Assembly: GCA_963677595.1 (NCBI GenBank)
Contig: OY782041.1
Coordinates: 64,001 to 128,000, forward strand
Origin: Spirochaetia bacterium
GTDB taxonomy: Bacteria > Spirochaetota > Spirochaetia > CAKZLE01
Reading direction: 5' to 3'
DNA: 64,000 bases
The notes under the pieces were generated by a model. It was not told the DNA's origin and did no database searches. It saw only the letters and a program-made list of their open reading frames with translations. Positions 30,654-42,938 of the stretch are shown here, in pieces (position 1 is the stretch's first letter; the number at the start of each line of letters is the position of its first letter). The position numbers and the translations under genes were made by a program.

Positions 30654-31922
30654 ATGAGAAGAAGACAGCTCATCCTCCTAGCCCTGCTGCTCCTGTGCAC
30701 CGTCTCGTTCAGCGTATCGGCAGCGGAGGAGAAGACCCGCGGAGAATACCTCACGATACGGCTCATGACCCTCGGGCAGGGCGATCCTGTATACCTCTGG
30801 TATGGCCATGTCGGACTGATCGTGGACGATGAGCTGACTGACCGTTCCTATATGTTCGACTTCGGCGTCTTCGACTTCATGAAAGACCACTTCTACCGGA
30901 ACTTCGCCTTCGGGAGACTCTACTACCAGGTGATCGCCTCATCAGCTGAGTCCCGGATCAGGCAGGCGGTGAACTCAGGACGGAACGTCTCGATGATCAC
31001 GCTCGACCTCCCGCCGGAGAACAGGCTCAGGCTCTTCGAGGCACTCGTCGACCACGTCCAGCCGGAGAACAGCACCTACCTCTACCACCACTACTACAAC
31101 AACTGCTCGACCAAGATCAGGGACATCCTAGACCTCGGGACCGACGGACAGTTGAAGGAATGGGCCCAGGCGATACCTTCTGCATACTCCTACCGGGAGC
31201 ATATCAGGAGGTACTCCGGGAACCACCTCTTCATCGATTTCGTCCTCAACTTCCTGCAGAGCGGGGTCATCGACGGCGAGACGACCCTCTGGGATGAGAT
31301 GTTCCTCCCCGACCGGATGGAGCGGGCCCTGCTGCAGTTCTCGTTTACGGATGGGGCCGGTGACAGCAGCCTGATCGCAACGGATCATGAGATCTTGGCG
31401 CAGGTTGCCGCCAGGCCGTCGGTCCCCGATACCTGGTCGCCGAAATGGCCTTCAGCCCTGATCGTGAGCCTTGCCGCCGGCCTCCTGGTCCTGCTACTCA
31501 AGGTAGTCTATGAGAGACGCCGCACGAAAGCCGCGCTTCGCATCCTCGGAGCTTTCCAAGCCGCTTACGGGCTCTTTGGCGGGGTTCTCGGATCGATCCT
31601 CTTCTTCATGATGTTCTTCTCGGACCATGACGTGACCTACGGGAACTGGAACATCATGCTGCTCAACCCCCTGATGCTCGTGATCGGGGTCTTGGGGGTG
31701 ATGATGCTGTTCTCGAAGAGGCCTGAACGGCACCTGCGGCTGATGGACCTGTTCTGGACCGTCGCAGCCCTGCTCGCTGCCGCCCTGCTGCTGCTCTTTG
31801 CGTTCTCCATCATCGGCCAGCGGAACCAGCTCTCGATCGCCATGATCGCACCACTGCATATCTGCTTCGGGATCTCCCGGTACATCGGGAAGGTCTCCGG
31901 CAGGAAGGAAACACGACCATGA
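30654..31922 (+). CDS. DUF4105 (Lnb-like lipoprotein N-acyltransferase domain) membrane protein
   Basis: Signal peptide, WYGH, FDFGVFDF, YLYHHYYNNCSTKIRD, then several TM helices. Confidence 0.8.
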   Translation: MRRRQLILLALLLLCTVSFSVSAAEEKTRGEYLTIRLMTLGQGDPVYLWYGHVGLIVDDELTDRSYMFDFGVFDFMKDHFYRNFAFGRLYYQVIASSAESRIRQAVNSGRNVSMITLDLPPENRLRLFEALVDHVQPENSTYLYHHYYNNCSTKIRDILDLGTDGQLKEWAQAIPSAYSYREHIRRYSGNHLFIDFVLNFLQSGVIDGETTLWDEMFLPDRMERALLQFSFTDGAGDSSLIATDHEILAQVAARPSVPDTWSPKWPSALIVSLAAGLLVLLLKVVYERRRTKAALRILGAFQAAYGLFGGVLGSILFFMMFFSDHDVTYGNWNIMLLNPLMLVIGVLGVMMLFSKRPERHLRLMDLFWTVAALLAAALLLLFAFSIIGQRNQLSIAMIAPLHICFGISRYIGKVSGRKETRP

Positions 31923-32296
31923 CAGAACGGGTCATCGTCCTGGGAGCAAGCCCGAAGCCGTGGAGGTATTCCTACCAGGCGATGGCACTCCTGCAGGAAT
32001 ATAACCATATCGCTCTTCCCGTATCGCTGAAGGCCGGGAAGATCCTCGGGTGCAGCACCTATACCAGCCTGGGACAGGTACCAGGACCGGTCGATACCGT
32101 CACCCTCTACGTCAACCCAAGGATCCTCGAAGACGAGATCGATGCCATCATAGGGATCAAGCCCAAGCGGGTGATCATGAACCCCGGGACGGAGTCAGTG
32201 ACCGCTGCCAGGCGGTTCCTGGACCACGGGATCCGGGTCATCGAGGCCTGCACCCTGGTCCTCCTGAAGACAGGGCAGTACAGGACCGCCTCATGA
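31919..32296 (+). CDS. CoA-binding protein (YccU-like)
   Basis: VLGASPKPWRYS, VDTVTLYVNP, RVIMNPGTE, EACTLVLL. Confidence 0.9.
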   Translation: MTERVIVLGASPKPWRYSYQAMALLQEYNHIALPVSLKAGKILGCSTYTSLGQVPGPVDTVTLYVNPRILEDEIDAIIGIKPKRVIMNPGTESVTAARRFLDHGIRVIEACTLVLLKTGQYRTAS

Positions 32297-32940
32297 CAGG
32301 GAAACACTACTCACGGACATTCGCGAACATCCCGAAGCCCAAGCAGCAGCATATATTCTCCATCGCCATCGAGGAGTTCGCGAAGAACGGGTACAAGGCG
32401 GCGAACATCAACACCATAGCCCGTGAGGCTGGCATCAGCATCGGATCCATGTACAGCTACTTCTCCTCGAAGGAACGGCTCTTCCTCGCCATCATCGACG
32501 AGGGAGTCATGCTTCTGAGGAGCGTGCTGAAGGATGTACGTCAGGAACCCGGGGACTTCTTCGACAAGTACCGGAAGATGCTTAAGGCCGCAGTCTCCTA
32601 TGCCAGGGAGTACCGGTACCTGCACCAGATCTACTTAGAGGTGTCGACGGAGGGGCTCTCCCATATCGCAGAGGAACTTACCGAGAGCATGGAGAAGGTC
32701 ACCACGGAAGCCTACCGCATCCTCATGGAGGATGCAGTCAGTTCCGGGGAGCTGCGGGAGCAGCTCGACCCTGCTGCAGCCGCCTTCTGCCTGGACAGCC
32801 TTGCCATGATCCTGCAGTTCTCATTCGCCTCGAAGTACTACCATGAACGGATGAAGCTCTACTTCGGGCCTGAGATTGATGAGGAGCGAATGATCGACTC
32901 CATGATCGATTTAGTACGAAACGGGATCGGCCGTCCCTAA
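32293..32940 (+). CDS. TetR/AcrR-family regulator
   Basis: EFAKNGY...IAREAGISIGSMYSYFSSKE. ATGA-coupled start. Confidence 0.92.
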   Translation: MTGKHYSRTFANIPKPKQQHIFSIAIEEFAKNGYKAANINTIAREAGISIGSMYSYFSSKERLFLAIIDEGVMLLRSVLKDVRQEPGDFFDKYRKMLKAAVSYAREYRYLHQIYLEVSTEGLSHIAEELTESMEKVTTEAYRILMEDAVSSGELREQLDPAAAAFCLDSLAMILQFSFASKYYHERMKLYFGPEIDEERMIDSMIDLVRNGIGRP

Positions 32941-33518
32941 TAGGGCGTCTTCAGGGCATCGGAGATCTTGTACTCCCGGTAATCGGGAAGATGCATCAAC
33001 GCCGCGGCGGGCAGGTTGAATACCGACTTCAGGCTCTGCCTATGGAGGAGGAGTTCCTCCTGGTAGACGGCGACGAACTCGATGAGTTCCTCTTCCTGGT
33101 CCATGATCTCCCTGATAGGCCTGAGCAGGGCTTGGGGAAGCACATTCCCATACGATTCGACTGCAGCAGGGACGACCTCATTGACCAGCCGGTCAGTAGC
33201 ATCATACCAGGCACTCCGCTCATCCGGGTGCATCAGGAGTGTGGAGTCCTGCAGGAGCAGCGGCTTTAGAGCTGTGCCTGCAGCCTGGAGCAGGGGGTCG
33301 TCCTCACCCTCCAGGGCAAGGACGAGTTCATCCAGACTCTCCGACCGGGCATCAAGCAGTTCAATGATCTTCGTATCAGCAGCCTCGATCCGGGCGACCC
33401 TCCGGCCGATCCCGTTACGCGTGACGATGAGGAAGAGCCCTGCCGCCAGGATCACCAGGGCGATCGCGACGATCATCCTGAACCAGCGCGGGGGATCCTT
33501 CGTGGAGAACGCCATCAC
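32937..33518 (-). CDS. LemA-like membrane-anchored helical protein (divergent)
   Basis: N-terminal TM, RNGI...IEAADTKI...RSESLDELV, C-terminal FNLPAAALM resembling the LemA FPxxxxA motif. Confidence 0.5.
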   Translation of the reverse strand: MMAFSTKDPPRWFRMIVAIALVILAAGLFLIVTRNGIGRRVARIEAADTKIIELLDARSESLDELVLALEGEDDPLLQAAGTALKPLLLQDSTLLMHPDERSAWYDATDRLVNEVVPAAVESYGNVLPQALLRPIREIMDQEEELIEFVAVYQEELLLHRQSLKSVFNLPAAALMHLPDYREYKISDALKTPY

Positions 33519-34264
33519 GATCCCTCCTGCCTGAGAGCCTCGAGCAGCCTGCTGTATGCCGTATGGAGCCCCATGAGCTGCCCGGTATCGATCGTCCCCG
33601 GGGCTGGCCGGTCGAGGAACTCATAGATCCCATCAAGCCCACCCCGATCCAGGGCGTACTGGCTCTCCAGGAGCAGGAGCTGTTCAGCCTGGGGCATCTC
33701 CATGAGCGTTCCTACGAGTCCTGGATCCTTCCTGTACAGGAGCCCCCGGTGCAGAGCCGGCTGCTTCTCACACCACCTCCCGAACCGGTCGGCAAGGGCC
33801 CTCCTCCTGCCTTCTGACTGGAGGGCGAGCTGGCGAAGGGAGATGATCGACTGCCGTAGCCGGTCGATGAACCGTTCGGTGCAGGTCCCGGGGTCTGTCT
33901 TCACCCGGTCCAGGAGGTCCTCACCGTGGAGGAGGCGCCCTACTGCCTTCATGTCGGCATACTCGCAGCAGAGCTGTCCCGCAGGGTCAAGGAACTCAGT
34001 TTCGGTGAGGACTGTGGCCTCGATCCGGTACTTCTGCATGATCAGGGAGACCCGGGTTGGGAACGCAGCCAGCCGTTCTTCCAGGCTGCCGTCGAGGACG
34101 AGCAGTATCCGTACCGGTGAGAGTCTAGAGAGGAAGGTACCGTATGCGGCACTCCCATACAGGAGGGCCATGAGGATCTCCCCTCCGGGGAGTACTTCCA
34201 TCACTGCTCGCATGAAGGCATCCACAGCCTCGCTGATGAAGATATCCGGTCTCTGTTCTCGCAT
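33515..34264 (-). CDS. Nucleotidyltransferase-fold protein (degenerate)
   Basis: LLYGSAAYG motif and later LLHGEDLL. Translationally coupled to the LemA-like gene. Confidence 0.55.
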   Translation of the reverse strand: MREQRPDIFISEAVDAFMRAVMEVLPGGEILMALLYGSAAYGTFLSRLSPVRILLVLDGSLEERLAAFPTRVSLIMQKYRIEATVLTETEFLDPAGQLCCEYADMKAVGRLLHGEDLLDRVKTDPGTCTERFIDRLRQSIISLRQLALQSEGRRRALADRFGRWCEKQPALHRGLLYRKDPGLVGTLMEMPQAEQLLLLESQYALDRGGLDGIYEFLDRPAPGTIDTGQLMGLHTAYSRLLEALRQEGS

Positions 34265-34352
34265 CGTCCCTCCCGCGTACGTGCAGTATACAACAGATCC
34301 CCGCAGGTGGGAATGCACTGCAGGGACCAAAGGTGATTCTCAAACGGCTATA

Positions 34353-35306
34353 CTATCTGTTCGGTTCGATCCTGGTACCCTTTCCGTGGTGTACCGCATC
34401 GAACAGGTTCGCGGGATTGGTGATCAGACCGGTGTTCCCCGACTTCTCGATGAAGTCGACGACAGCCTGGATCTTGGGGAGCATGCTCCCCGGGGCAAAA
34501 TGGCCCTCATCGATATAGGTCTTTGCCTCATCAACCGAGATGTGTTCGAGGCTCCTCTGCTGCGGTGTCCCATAGTTGAGGCAGACCTGCTCAACGGCTG
34601 TCGAGATGACGAAGAGGTCCGCACCGAGTTCAGTGGCCATGAGGGAGGCGGCAAAATCCTTGTCGATGACCGCCTCGGCACCCGAGAAGGACCCGTCATC
34701 CGATATGGTGACTGGTATGCCCCCGCCGCCCGCGGCGATGACGATGGCTCCGCTGTCGAGGAGCGTCCTGACAGAGTCGAGCTCAACGATCCGTTTCGGC
34801 CGTGGGGAAGGAACTACCCTCCGGTACCCCCTGCCGGCATCCTCCACGACATTCCAGCCGTCATGGTCCCGGTGGTACTCCGCATCATCCTGGGTCATGA
34901 AGTTCCCGATCGGTTTCGTGGGGTTGCCGAAGGAGGGGTCGTCACGATCCACCTCGACCTGGGTGACCACGGTGACGACCGGTCGTGCCATACCTGCCCT
35001 CGCGAACTCGTTATGGAGGGCCATCTGCAGATTATAGCCGATAGCCCCCTGGGTGTCCGCGACACAGGAGTCCAGCGGGACGGTATGGAGGATCCTCCGT
35101 GAGTATTCCGCGCGCCGGAGGATGAACCCGACCTGGGGCCCGTTCCCGTGGGCGATCACGATCCGATGCCCCTCCGAAGCCAGTCGAACGATATGGGCGG
35201 CGGTCTTCCGTGCCGCCTCATACTGTGAGGCTACTGTTACATGTTTCGCATCCTCGATGAGCGAGTTGCCCCCGATCGCGATGACGATCAACTTCCTGTC
35301 TTCCAT
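34353..35306 (-). CDS. arcC: Carbamate kinase
   Basis: IAIGGNSL, HGNGPQVG, PTKPIG, RRVVPSP, EAVIDKD, GSMLPK. Confidence 0.96.
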   Translation of the reverse strand: MEDRKLIVIAIGGNSLIEDAKHVTVASQYEAARKTAAHIVRLASEGHRIVIAHGNGPQVGFILRRAEYSRRILHTVPLDSCVADTQGAIGYNLQMALHNEFARAGMARPVVTVVTQVEVDRDDPSFGNPTKPIGNFMTQDDAEYHRDHDGWNVVEDAGRGYRRVVPSPRPKRIVELDSVRTLLDSGAIVIAAGGGGIPVTISDDGSFSGAEAVIDKDFAASLMATELGADLFVISTAVEQVCLNYGTPQQRSLEHISVDEAKTYIDEGHFAPGSMLPKIQAVVDFIEKSGNTGLITNPANLFDAVHHGKGTRIEPNR

Positions 35307-35550
35307 GACTCTCTCCTGCATATAGAAGCCCATGCCCGGCAAGATTCCCGGGATGAACCGTCTGACGAACTCTATTATATCGCCTTTGCAACAATTTGCA
35401 ACAAATATTTTTTTATCATGGGAGGTTTTTCAACTGATGAATGGTACTCCACTCACCAGCTCCTGTTTGACTATTTAGGTTGAATCGGGTATCGTTCCTC
35501 TCAGAAAGAACAGGACATTGATTCTTTCTAACGGGAGGGAAGAAGCACAT

Positions 35551-36222
35551 ATGAATCAGATGGAGCGCAAGACGCAGGTCCTGCTGGCATTGTTCGTCAG
35601 CTCGATGGTAATCGTAAACACACTCGGGTCAAAGATCACGACACTGTTCGGGGTCCGGGTATCAGTCGGGATCTTCTTTGTCCCCCTCCTGTTCCTCATC
35701 ACGGACATCATCGGCGAGGTCCACGGGAGGAAGCGGGCACAGTTCTTCGTGAAAGTGTCATCAGGCATCCTCATCTTCATGTTCGTCATGATCCTGCTCT
35801 GCATCAAACTGCCTGCGAACCCGACCTGGGGAAACCAGGCCCAGTATGAACTGATCTTCGGGAGTTCACTCAGGATGACCTTCGCGAGCATCGTCTCGTT
35901 CATGATCAGCCAGTTCTATGATGTGTTCGCCTTCGACTTCTTCAAGGCGAAGACCAAGGGACGCCACCTGTGGCTGAGGAACAACCTCTCGACGATGACG
36001 AGCCAGTTCATCGACACCACGATCTTCATGTTCCTGGCCTTCTACCATATAAGCCCCAAATTCACCACCGGGTTCATCTTCTCGCTCATCATCCCCTACT
36101 GGATCTTCAAGGTCGCCTTCGCGCTCCTGGACACACCGCTGTGCTACATCGGTGTACGATGGCTCAAGGGCGAGCGCATGCTGAACGGCAAGGACATCGC
36201 ACCGGAGAGTCCAACCGTCTAG
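35551..36222 (+). CDS. yhhQ: Queuosine precursor transporter (Vut_1/YhhQ family)
   Basis: FLITDIIGEVHG, LWLRNNLST..SQFIDT, KVAFALLDTP. Confidence 0.9.
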   Translation: MNQMERKTQVLLALFVSSMVIVNTLGSKITTLFGVRVSVGIFFVPLLFLITDIIGEVHGRKRAQFFVKVSSGILIFMFVMILLCIKLPANPTWGNQAQYELIFGSSLRMTFASIVSFMISQFYDVFAFDFFKAKTKGRHLWLRNNLSTMTSQFIDTTIFMFLAFYHISPKFTTGFIFSLIIPYWIFKVAFALLDTPLCYIGVRWLKGERMLNGKDIAPESPTV

Positions 36223-36244
36223 GTACGGCAGGACACACCAATTC

Positions 36245-36277
36245 AAAAGAACCGCTTTTCACAGCGGTTCTTTTTTT
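36245..36277. terminator. Bidirectional intrinsic terminator
   Basis: AAAAGAACCGCT-TTTCAC-AGCGGTTCTTTTTTT. Confidence 0.85.
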
Positions 36278-36279
36278 CG

Positions 36280-38334
36280 CTATCGGGGCAGACTCACCTC
36301 GACGGCGATCGTGTGCGTCCTCGACCCGTTCGCGGGGGAGGTGGAAACATCCGACGTGAGATGGTTGCAGTCCCCGAGAGAGTCCCCGCGATGCCAGAAC
36401 CCCTGGCAGGTACTGACCGTCCCGCGTACGATCTCATGCTTCAACGATACGGTCCCAACCGTATAGCCGTTGGGGCTCTCCACCCTCACGGTATCACCAT
36501 GGGAGATCTTCCGCTCGGACGCATCCTCCAGGTTCATCCAGATCGTGTCATCCTGCAGCCGGTTCAGCGATTCTATATGGGCATGCTGGGAGTGGATCCG
36601 GTTCCTCGGGTGGGGTGTGACCATGGCAAGCGGATAGGAGCTGTCGGTATACGGCTCCTGCAGCAGGGGATACCGATCCCCGCCGACTGACTCATAGGCC
36701 TCAGAGACCAGCTCGATCTTCCCGCTCGGGGTCTCGAGGGGGAAGGTCCCGGGGTCGGTGAAGAAATCGGAGAAGGCGACGAAGGGTTTGAGCTCACTCT
36801 CATGGAACCCCAGCTCCTTGAACCGCGCGATATCATCGATCTCGCTGTCGGCAAGGAACCCGCTTATCCATTGTTCAGGGGTCTTCCCTTCCGTGAAAGC
36901 CTCCCTGAACCCGAGCCTGCCTGAGAGGTCGGTGAATATCTGGAGGTCGGTCTTCACCCCTGCTGGGGGTTCTACGACCTGCCTCGAGTAAAAGAGATGG
37001 CCGGAGTTGGCAAAGCAGAGGTCCTCACGCTCGGGGAACATGGCGACCGGGAGGATGATGTCGCTGTACCGTGCGGTCGGGGTCATGAACATCTCGTGGG
37101 TGACGACGAACTCCGCCTTCATGAACGCCTTCTTGACCTTGGTGGTGTCGCTGCTCTGGGTGATGAAGTTGCCCCCGACATTGTAGATCACCTTCAACTC
37201 ATGTGCATACCCACCGGCTCTCCCTTCCAGGAAGGCATCTGCCCACCGGTTGACAGGGACCCCGTTGGCCGTGGTCCTGCTGTCGATCGCCCCTGCCCTC
37301 ACCTTCGGTACCTGGTTCCACTGTCCCCCGCCGATGCTGCCTCCTCTCTTCCCGGCATTCCCTGCCATGAGCTGGATGAAGACCAGCAGCCTCTGGAGGT
37401 TCTCACCGCCGAGCGCCCGCTGGAGCGACAGTCCCGGCAGCAGCGCTGCCGGCTTGTCACCGGCAAGGGCTTCGAAGAGCTGGTAGATGGTCTCGATCGG
37501 TATGCCGGTACGTGCAGAGGCCAGTTCCGGTGTCTTCGCTATCCCGTCGACTTTTCCGGTGAGGTAGTCTGCGACCTCATGGTGGCCGATGGCGAATCGG
37601 TCGAGCTCATTGAGACGCCCAGGGAACCTCTCGATGCACAGGTAACCCAGCGCTGCTGCCAGGTAGGAGTCTGTACCGGGGCGTATCCCGATCCATTCCC
37701 CCCGGCACAGCTCCACGCTGTCGGTATGCCGGGGATCGATGACATGGCAGGGGATCCCCTGCGTGCCCGCCTCACGGAGGACCTGCTCGGTCTCGCAGCC
37801 GAACCGGGTATCGCGGGGGTTGAACCCCCAGAGGATGATCGATGAGGAATCGAGCACGGTCCTGACGTCGATACCCACCGCCCGTGTCCCGAAGAGGTAG
37901 GGATTGATGAAATCGACGACCTCGCAGCTGTAGTTCCCCCTCGTATCGGTATAGTCCCCAAGTAACGAGAGGAACCGTTTCGTGAGCGAGCCGGTGTTAT
38001 GGAGGGCTCCCCGGCAGGAGCCAGAACCGCCGATCCTGATGACCTGCGGGGGCGTAACACGCAGGAGCCTCTCCTCGATCAGCGAATAGGCCTCATCCCA
38101 GCTGACCGGGACGAACTCCTCCCCGCCGCGGGGACCTACCCGCTTCATCGGGGAAGTGAGCCGCTCCCCATGGTAGAGGATCTCGGGCATGCGGTAGCCT
38201 TTCACGCAGCCCTGCATGAAGCGGGTACGGTTCGGGTTGTCGACGACCTTCACCAGCCTGCCGTCCTCGATGTGCGCTTCCAGCGCACAGCCTGCACCGC
38301 AGTCCTTGTTGCATGATACCGGGTATCTCTCCAT
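36280..38334 (-). CDS. Molybdopterin (Mo-bisPGD) oxidoreductase, DmsA/BisC-like, cytoplasmic
   Basis: CNKDCGAGC...CVKG 4Fe-4S motif, GNYS (Ser ligand position), TARYSDIILP, TPSGKIEL. No Tat signal. TTGCAA-17-TAGAAT upstream. Confidence 0.9.
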   Translation of the reverse strand: MERYPVSCNKDCGAGCALEAHIEDGRLVKVVDNPNRTRFMQGCVKGYRMPEILYHGERLTSPMKRVGPRGGEEFVPVSWDEAYSLIEERLLRVTPPQVIRIGGSGSCRGALHNTGSLTKRFLSLLGDYTDTRGNYSCEVVDFINPYLFGTRAVGIDVRTVLDSSSIILWGFNPRDTRFGCETEQVLREAGTQGIPCHVIDPRHTDSVELCRGEWIGIRPGTDSYLAAALGYLCIERFPGRLNELDRFAIGHHEVADYLTGKVDGIAKTPELASARTGIPIETIYQLFEALAGDKPAALLPGLSLQRALGGENLQRLLVFIQLMAGNAGKRGGSIGGGQWNQVPKVRAGAIDSRTTANGVPVNRWADAFLEGRAGGYAHELKVIYNVGGNFITQSSDTTKVKKAFMKAEFVVTHEMFMTPTARYSDIILPVAMFPEREDLCFANSGHLFYSRQVVEPPAGVKTDLQIFTDLSGRLGFREAFTEGKTPEQWISGFLADSEIDDIARFKELGFHESELKPFVAFSDFFTDPGTFPLETPSGKIELVSEAYESVGGDRYPLLQEPYTDSSYPLAMVTPHPRNRIHSQHAHIESLNRLQDDTIWMNLEDASERKISHGDTVRVESPNGYTVGTVSLKHEIVRGTVSTCQGFWHRGDSLGDCNHLTSDVSTSPANGSRTHTIAVEVSLPR

Positions 38335-38494
38335 ACTGTTCTCTCCCATAAGAATCGATTCTACTATATGGGATATTTCTTTGCAATCTGCTATACTCAC
38401 GCAATCATCCCGAAAAGAGGAGGCTCCCCTCGATGCAGAGGCCCGAAACAGTACAGAACGAACTGGTTATCCATCAGCACCCGAGGTGCACCGC

Positions 38495-39238
38495 ATGATC
38501 CTCATCGCAGGCGACAGCCTGAGCTCGGGGAACATCGGGATCGGGTATACCACCTTCCTCCCTGAACGGGACTACCTCATCCGGGGCATCGACGGTGATA
38601 CCATGCGGGGGGTCACCGAACGGGTCCTGCGCTACCTGAAGCAGCGAAGGGTCACCGATGGGCTCGAGGGGATCATCATCGAGTGCGGGAGCAATGACGT
38701 GCTGCTCCCCTGGCTCCTGCAGAGCGGGAACCCGGTATTCAGGGAGGCCGCAGCCGGGCTGGTCAATGAGCGGACAGCCCCTGAAGGGTCACCGGCTTCA
38801 TTCGCTTCGGTCTATGACCGCCAGCTCGGCAGAATCGTCGCTGCCGCAGCGGAGGCAGGTCTCTCCCCTGACCGCATCGCGGTGACGGACATCCCGCCGG
38901 TCGGGGAGGATCTCTCGTCCCCGATACAGGGTATCAGGGCCGAGTACAACCGCAGGGTCCAGGAGCTTGCCGCTCAGGCTGGTGCTCAGCTGATCGGGCT
39001 GGGAAGCGTCCTCGAGACGGCCTATTCCAGCTTCCAGCCGGTACCGCCGGGAACCTACTTCATGGATGAGCCTGGGAACTTCGTCCGGGATGCCGCCTTC
39101 ATCGCCGACGACGAGGCGAAAGCCGCAGAACTCAGCAGGAAGCGGGGACTCACCCTCACGGTGGATGGGCTCCACCTCAACGGGAGGGGCGCACGGATCG
39201 CCGCCAGGGCCTTCACCGGGTTCATACAATCGTTATAA
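38495..39238 (+). CDS. SGNH/GDSL hydrolase
   Basis: AGDSLS, GIDGDT, CGSND, TVDGLHLN blocks. Confidence 0.88.
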   Translation: MILIAGDSLSSGNIGIGYTTFLPERDYLIRGIDGDTMRGVTERVLRYLKQRRVTDGLEGIIIECGSNDVLLPWLLQSGNPVFREAAAGLVNERTAPEGSPASFASVYDRQLGRIVAAAAEAGLSPDRIAVTDIPPVGEDLSSPIQGIRAEYNRRVQELAAQAGAQLIGLGSVLETAYSSFQPVPPGTYFMDEPGNFVRDAAFIADDEAKAAELSRKRGLTLTVDGLHLNGRGARIAARAFTGFIQSL

Positions 39239-39327
39239 GAAGAAGATTGCCTGTTTTAGGCTTTCCTCTTACTCTCAGATTGATTACATTTATACATGCA
39301 TAAACAGTTTTAAATGAGGAGGAACGG

Positions 39328-41697
<2,370 letters not shown>

Positions 41698-41704
41698 GGG
41701 CTGT

Positions 41705-42934
41705 ATGGAACTGTTAGCACCTGCGGGAAACCTGGAAAAACTCTATTACGCCTACACCTACGGGGCGGATGCCGCCTACATCGGCTTGAGCAGCTTCTCC
41801 CTGCGTGCCCGCGCTGAGAACTTCCATGACGACCAGCGCCAGGCGATCGAGAGGATCAAGGGAGAGAAGAAGCTCTTCGGGGCTGTGAATATCTACTTCC
41901 ATAACGGGGACCTTGCAAAACTGCGGGATTCGTTCGAACTCATCGAGCAGTACCCGCTCGACGGGTTCATTGTGAGCGACCTCGGCGCTGCGGTGCTCCT
42001 GAAGGAGCGCTTCCCGCAGATCCCGCTCCACCTGAGTACCCAGGCCAACTGCATCAATGCAGAGGCAGCGAAGGTCTACCGTTCCCTCGGGTTCGAGCGT
42101 GTCGTGCTCGGCAGGGAGACCACCCTCGATGAGATCAGGGCGATCAAGGATGCTGCCCCGGAGCTCGAGATCGAGACCTTCGTCCACGGGGCCATGTGCA
42201 TCGCCTACTCGGGGAGGTGCTTCCTCAGCCGCTACATGACCGACCGTTCCGCGAACCAGGGCGACTGTTCCCACTCCTGCAGGTGGGACTACCGGGTCCA
42301 GGGGCTGGAGCTCGCCCTCGAGGAGAAGGAGCGCCCGGGAGAGTACTACCCCATCTATGAGGGGGATGGATTCACCTCCATCCTCTCATCGAAGGATATG
42401 TGCATGATCGACTACCTGCAGGACCTCAAGGATGCAGGCATCGACTCCCTGAAGATCGAGGGGAGGATGAAGTCCATCTACTATGCAGCAGTCACCACGC
42501 GAGCCTACCGGAAGGCACTCGATGCCCTTGAATCAGGGGCTTCCGCCGATACCTGGGCCGGCTACCGGGATGAATTGTACAAGGTCAGCAGGAGGGAATA
42601 CTCCACCGGCTTCTACTTCGGAAAGGAGGAGATCGAGCAGTCCACCCAGCAAAGCTATGCCAGGGAGTACCTCTTCCTCGGCTCGATCGGGAACGAGGCT
42701 GGGAATGGGTATTATGAGCTGGTCGTGAAGAACCAGATCCGAGACCATGAGACCATCGAATACATCGGGCCCGACATCCTCTTCGAGGTTGATGAGGCTT
42801 ACGAGATCGTTGATGAGGAGTACCACCGGGTCAGCAAGGCTGACCATGGGAAACCCTACTTCATCAAGCCCTCAGTCCCGGTACAGCCGGGTTATATCCT
42901 CAGGAAGAAGCGCAAGGCAGACTCCCCGAACTGA
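41705..42934 (+). CDS. Peptidase U32 family protein (TrhP/YegQ-like tRNA hydroxylation)
   Basis: MELLAPAG, HLSTQAN, HGAMCIAYSGRC...NQGDCSHSCRW, LKIEGRMK. Confidence 0.88.
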   Translation: MELLAPAGNLEKLYYAYTYGADAAYIGLSSFSLRARAENFHDDQRQAIERIKGEKKLFGAVNIYFHNGDLAKLRDSFELIEQYPLDGFIVSDLGAAVLLKERFPQIPLHLSTQANCINAEAAKVYRSLGFERVVLGRETTLDEIRAIKDAAPELEIETFVHGAMCIAYSGRCFLSRYMTDRSANQGDCSHSCRWDYRVQGLELALEEKERPGEYYPIYEGDGFTSILSSKDMCMIDYLQDLKDAGIDSLKIEGRMKSIYYAAVTTRAYRKALDALESGASADTWAGYRDELYKVSRREYSTGFYFGKEEIEQSTQQSYAREYLFLGSIGNEAGNGYYELVVKNQIRDHETIEYIGPDILFEVDEAYEIVDEEYHRVSKADHGKPYFIKPSVPVQPGYILRKKRKADSPN

Positions 42935-42938
42935 TCAC

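Noticed and set aside
33702-35102. Long antisense or alternative-frame ORFs (e.g. 33702-35102, 27507-28490, 44492-45385, 50693-51529)
   Set aside because: Shadow ORFs of well-supported genes, expected in GC-rich DNA, with no family motifs.
35400-35550. preQ1 riboswitch upstream of yhhQ
   Set aside because: No recognisable preQ1-I stem plus A-rich tail by eye. An Rfam scan would be needed.
38335-38400. Moco riboswitch before the molybdoenzyme
   Set aside because: The predicted promoter leaves only a leader of about 20 nt.
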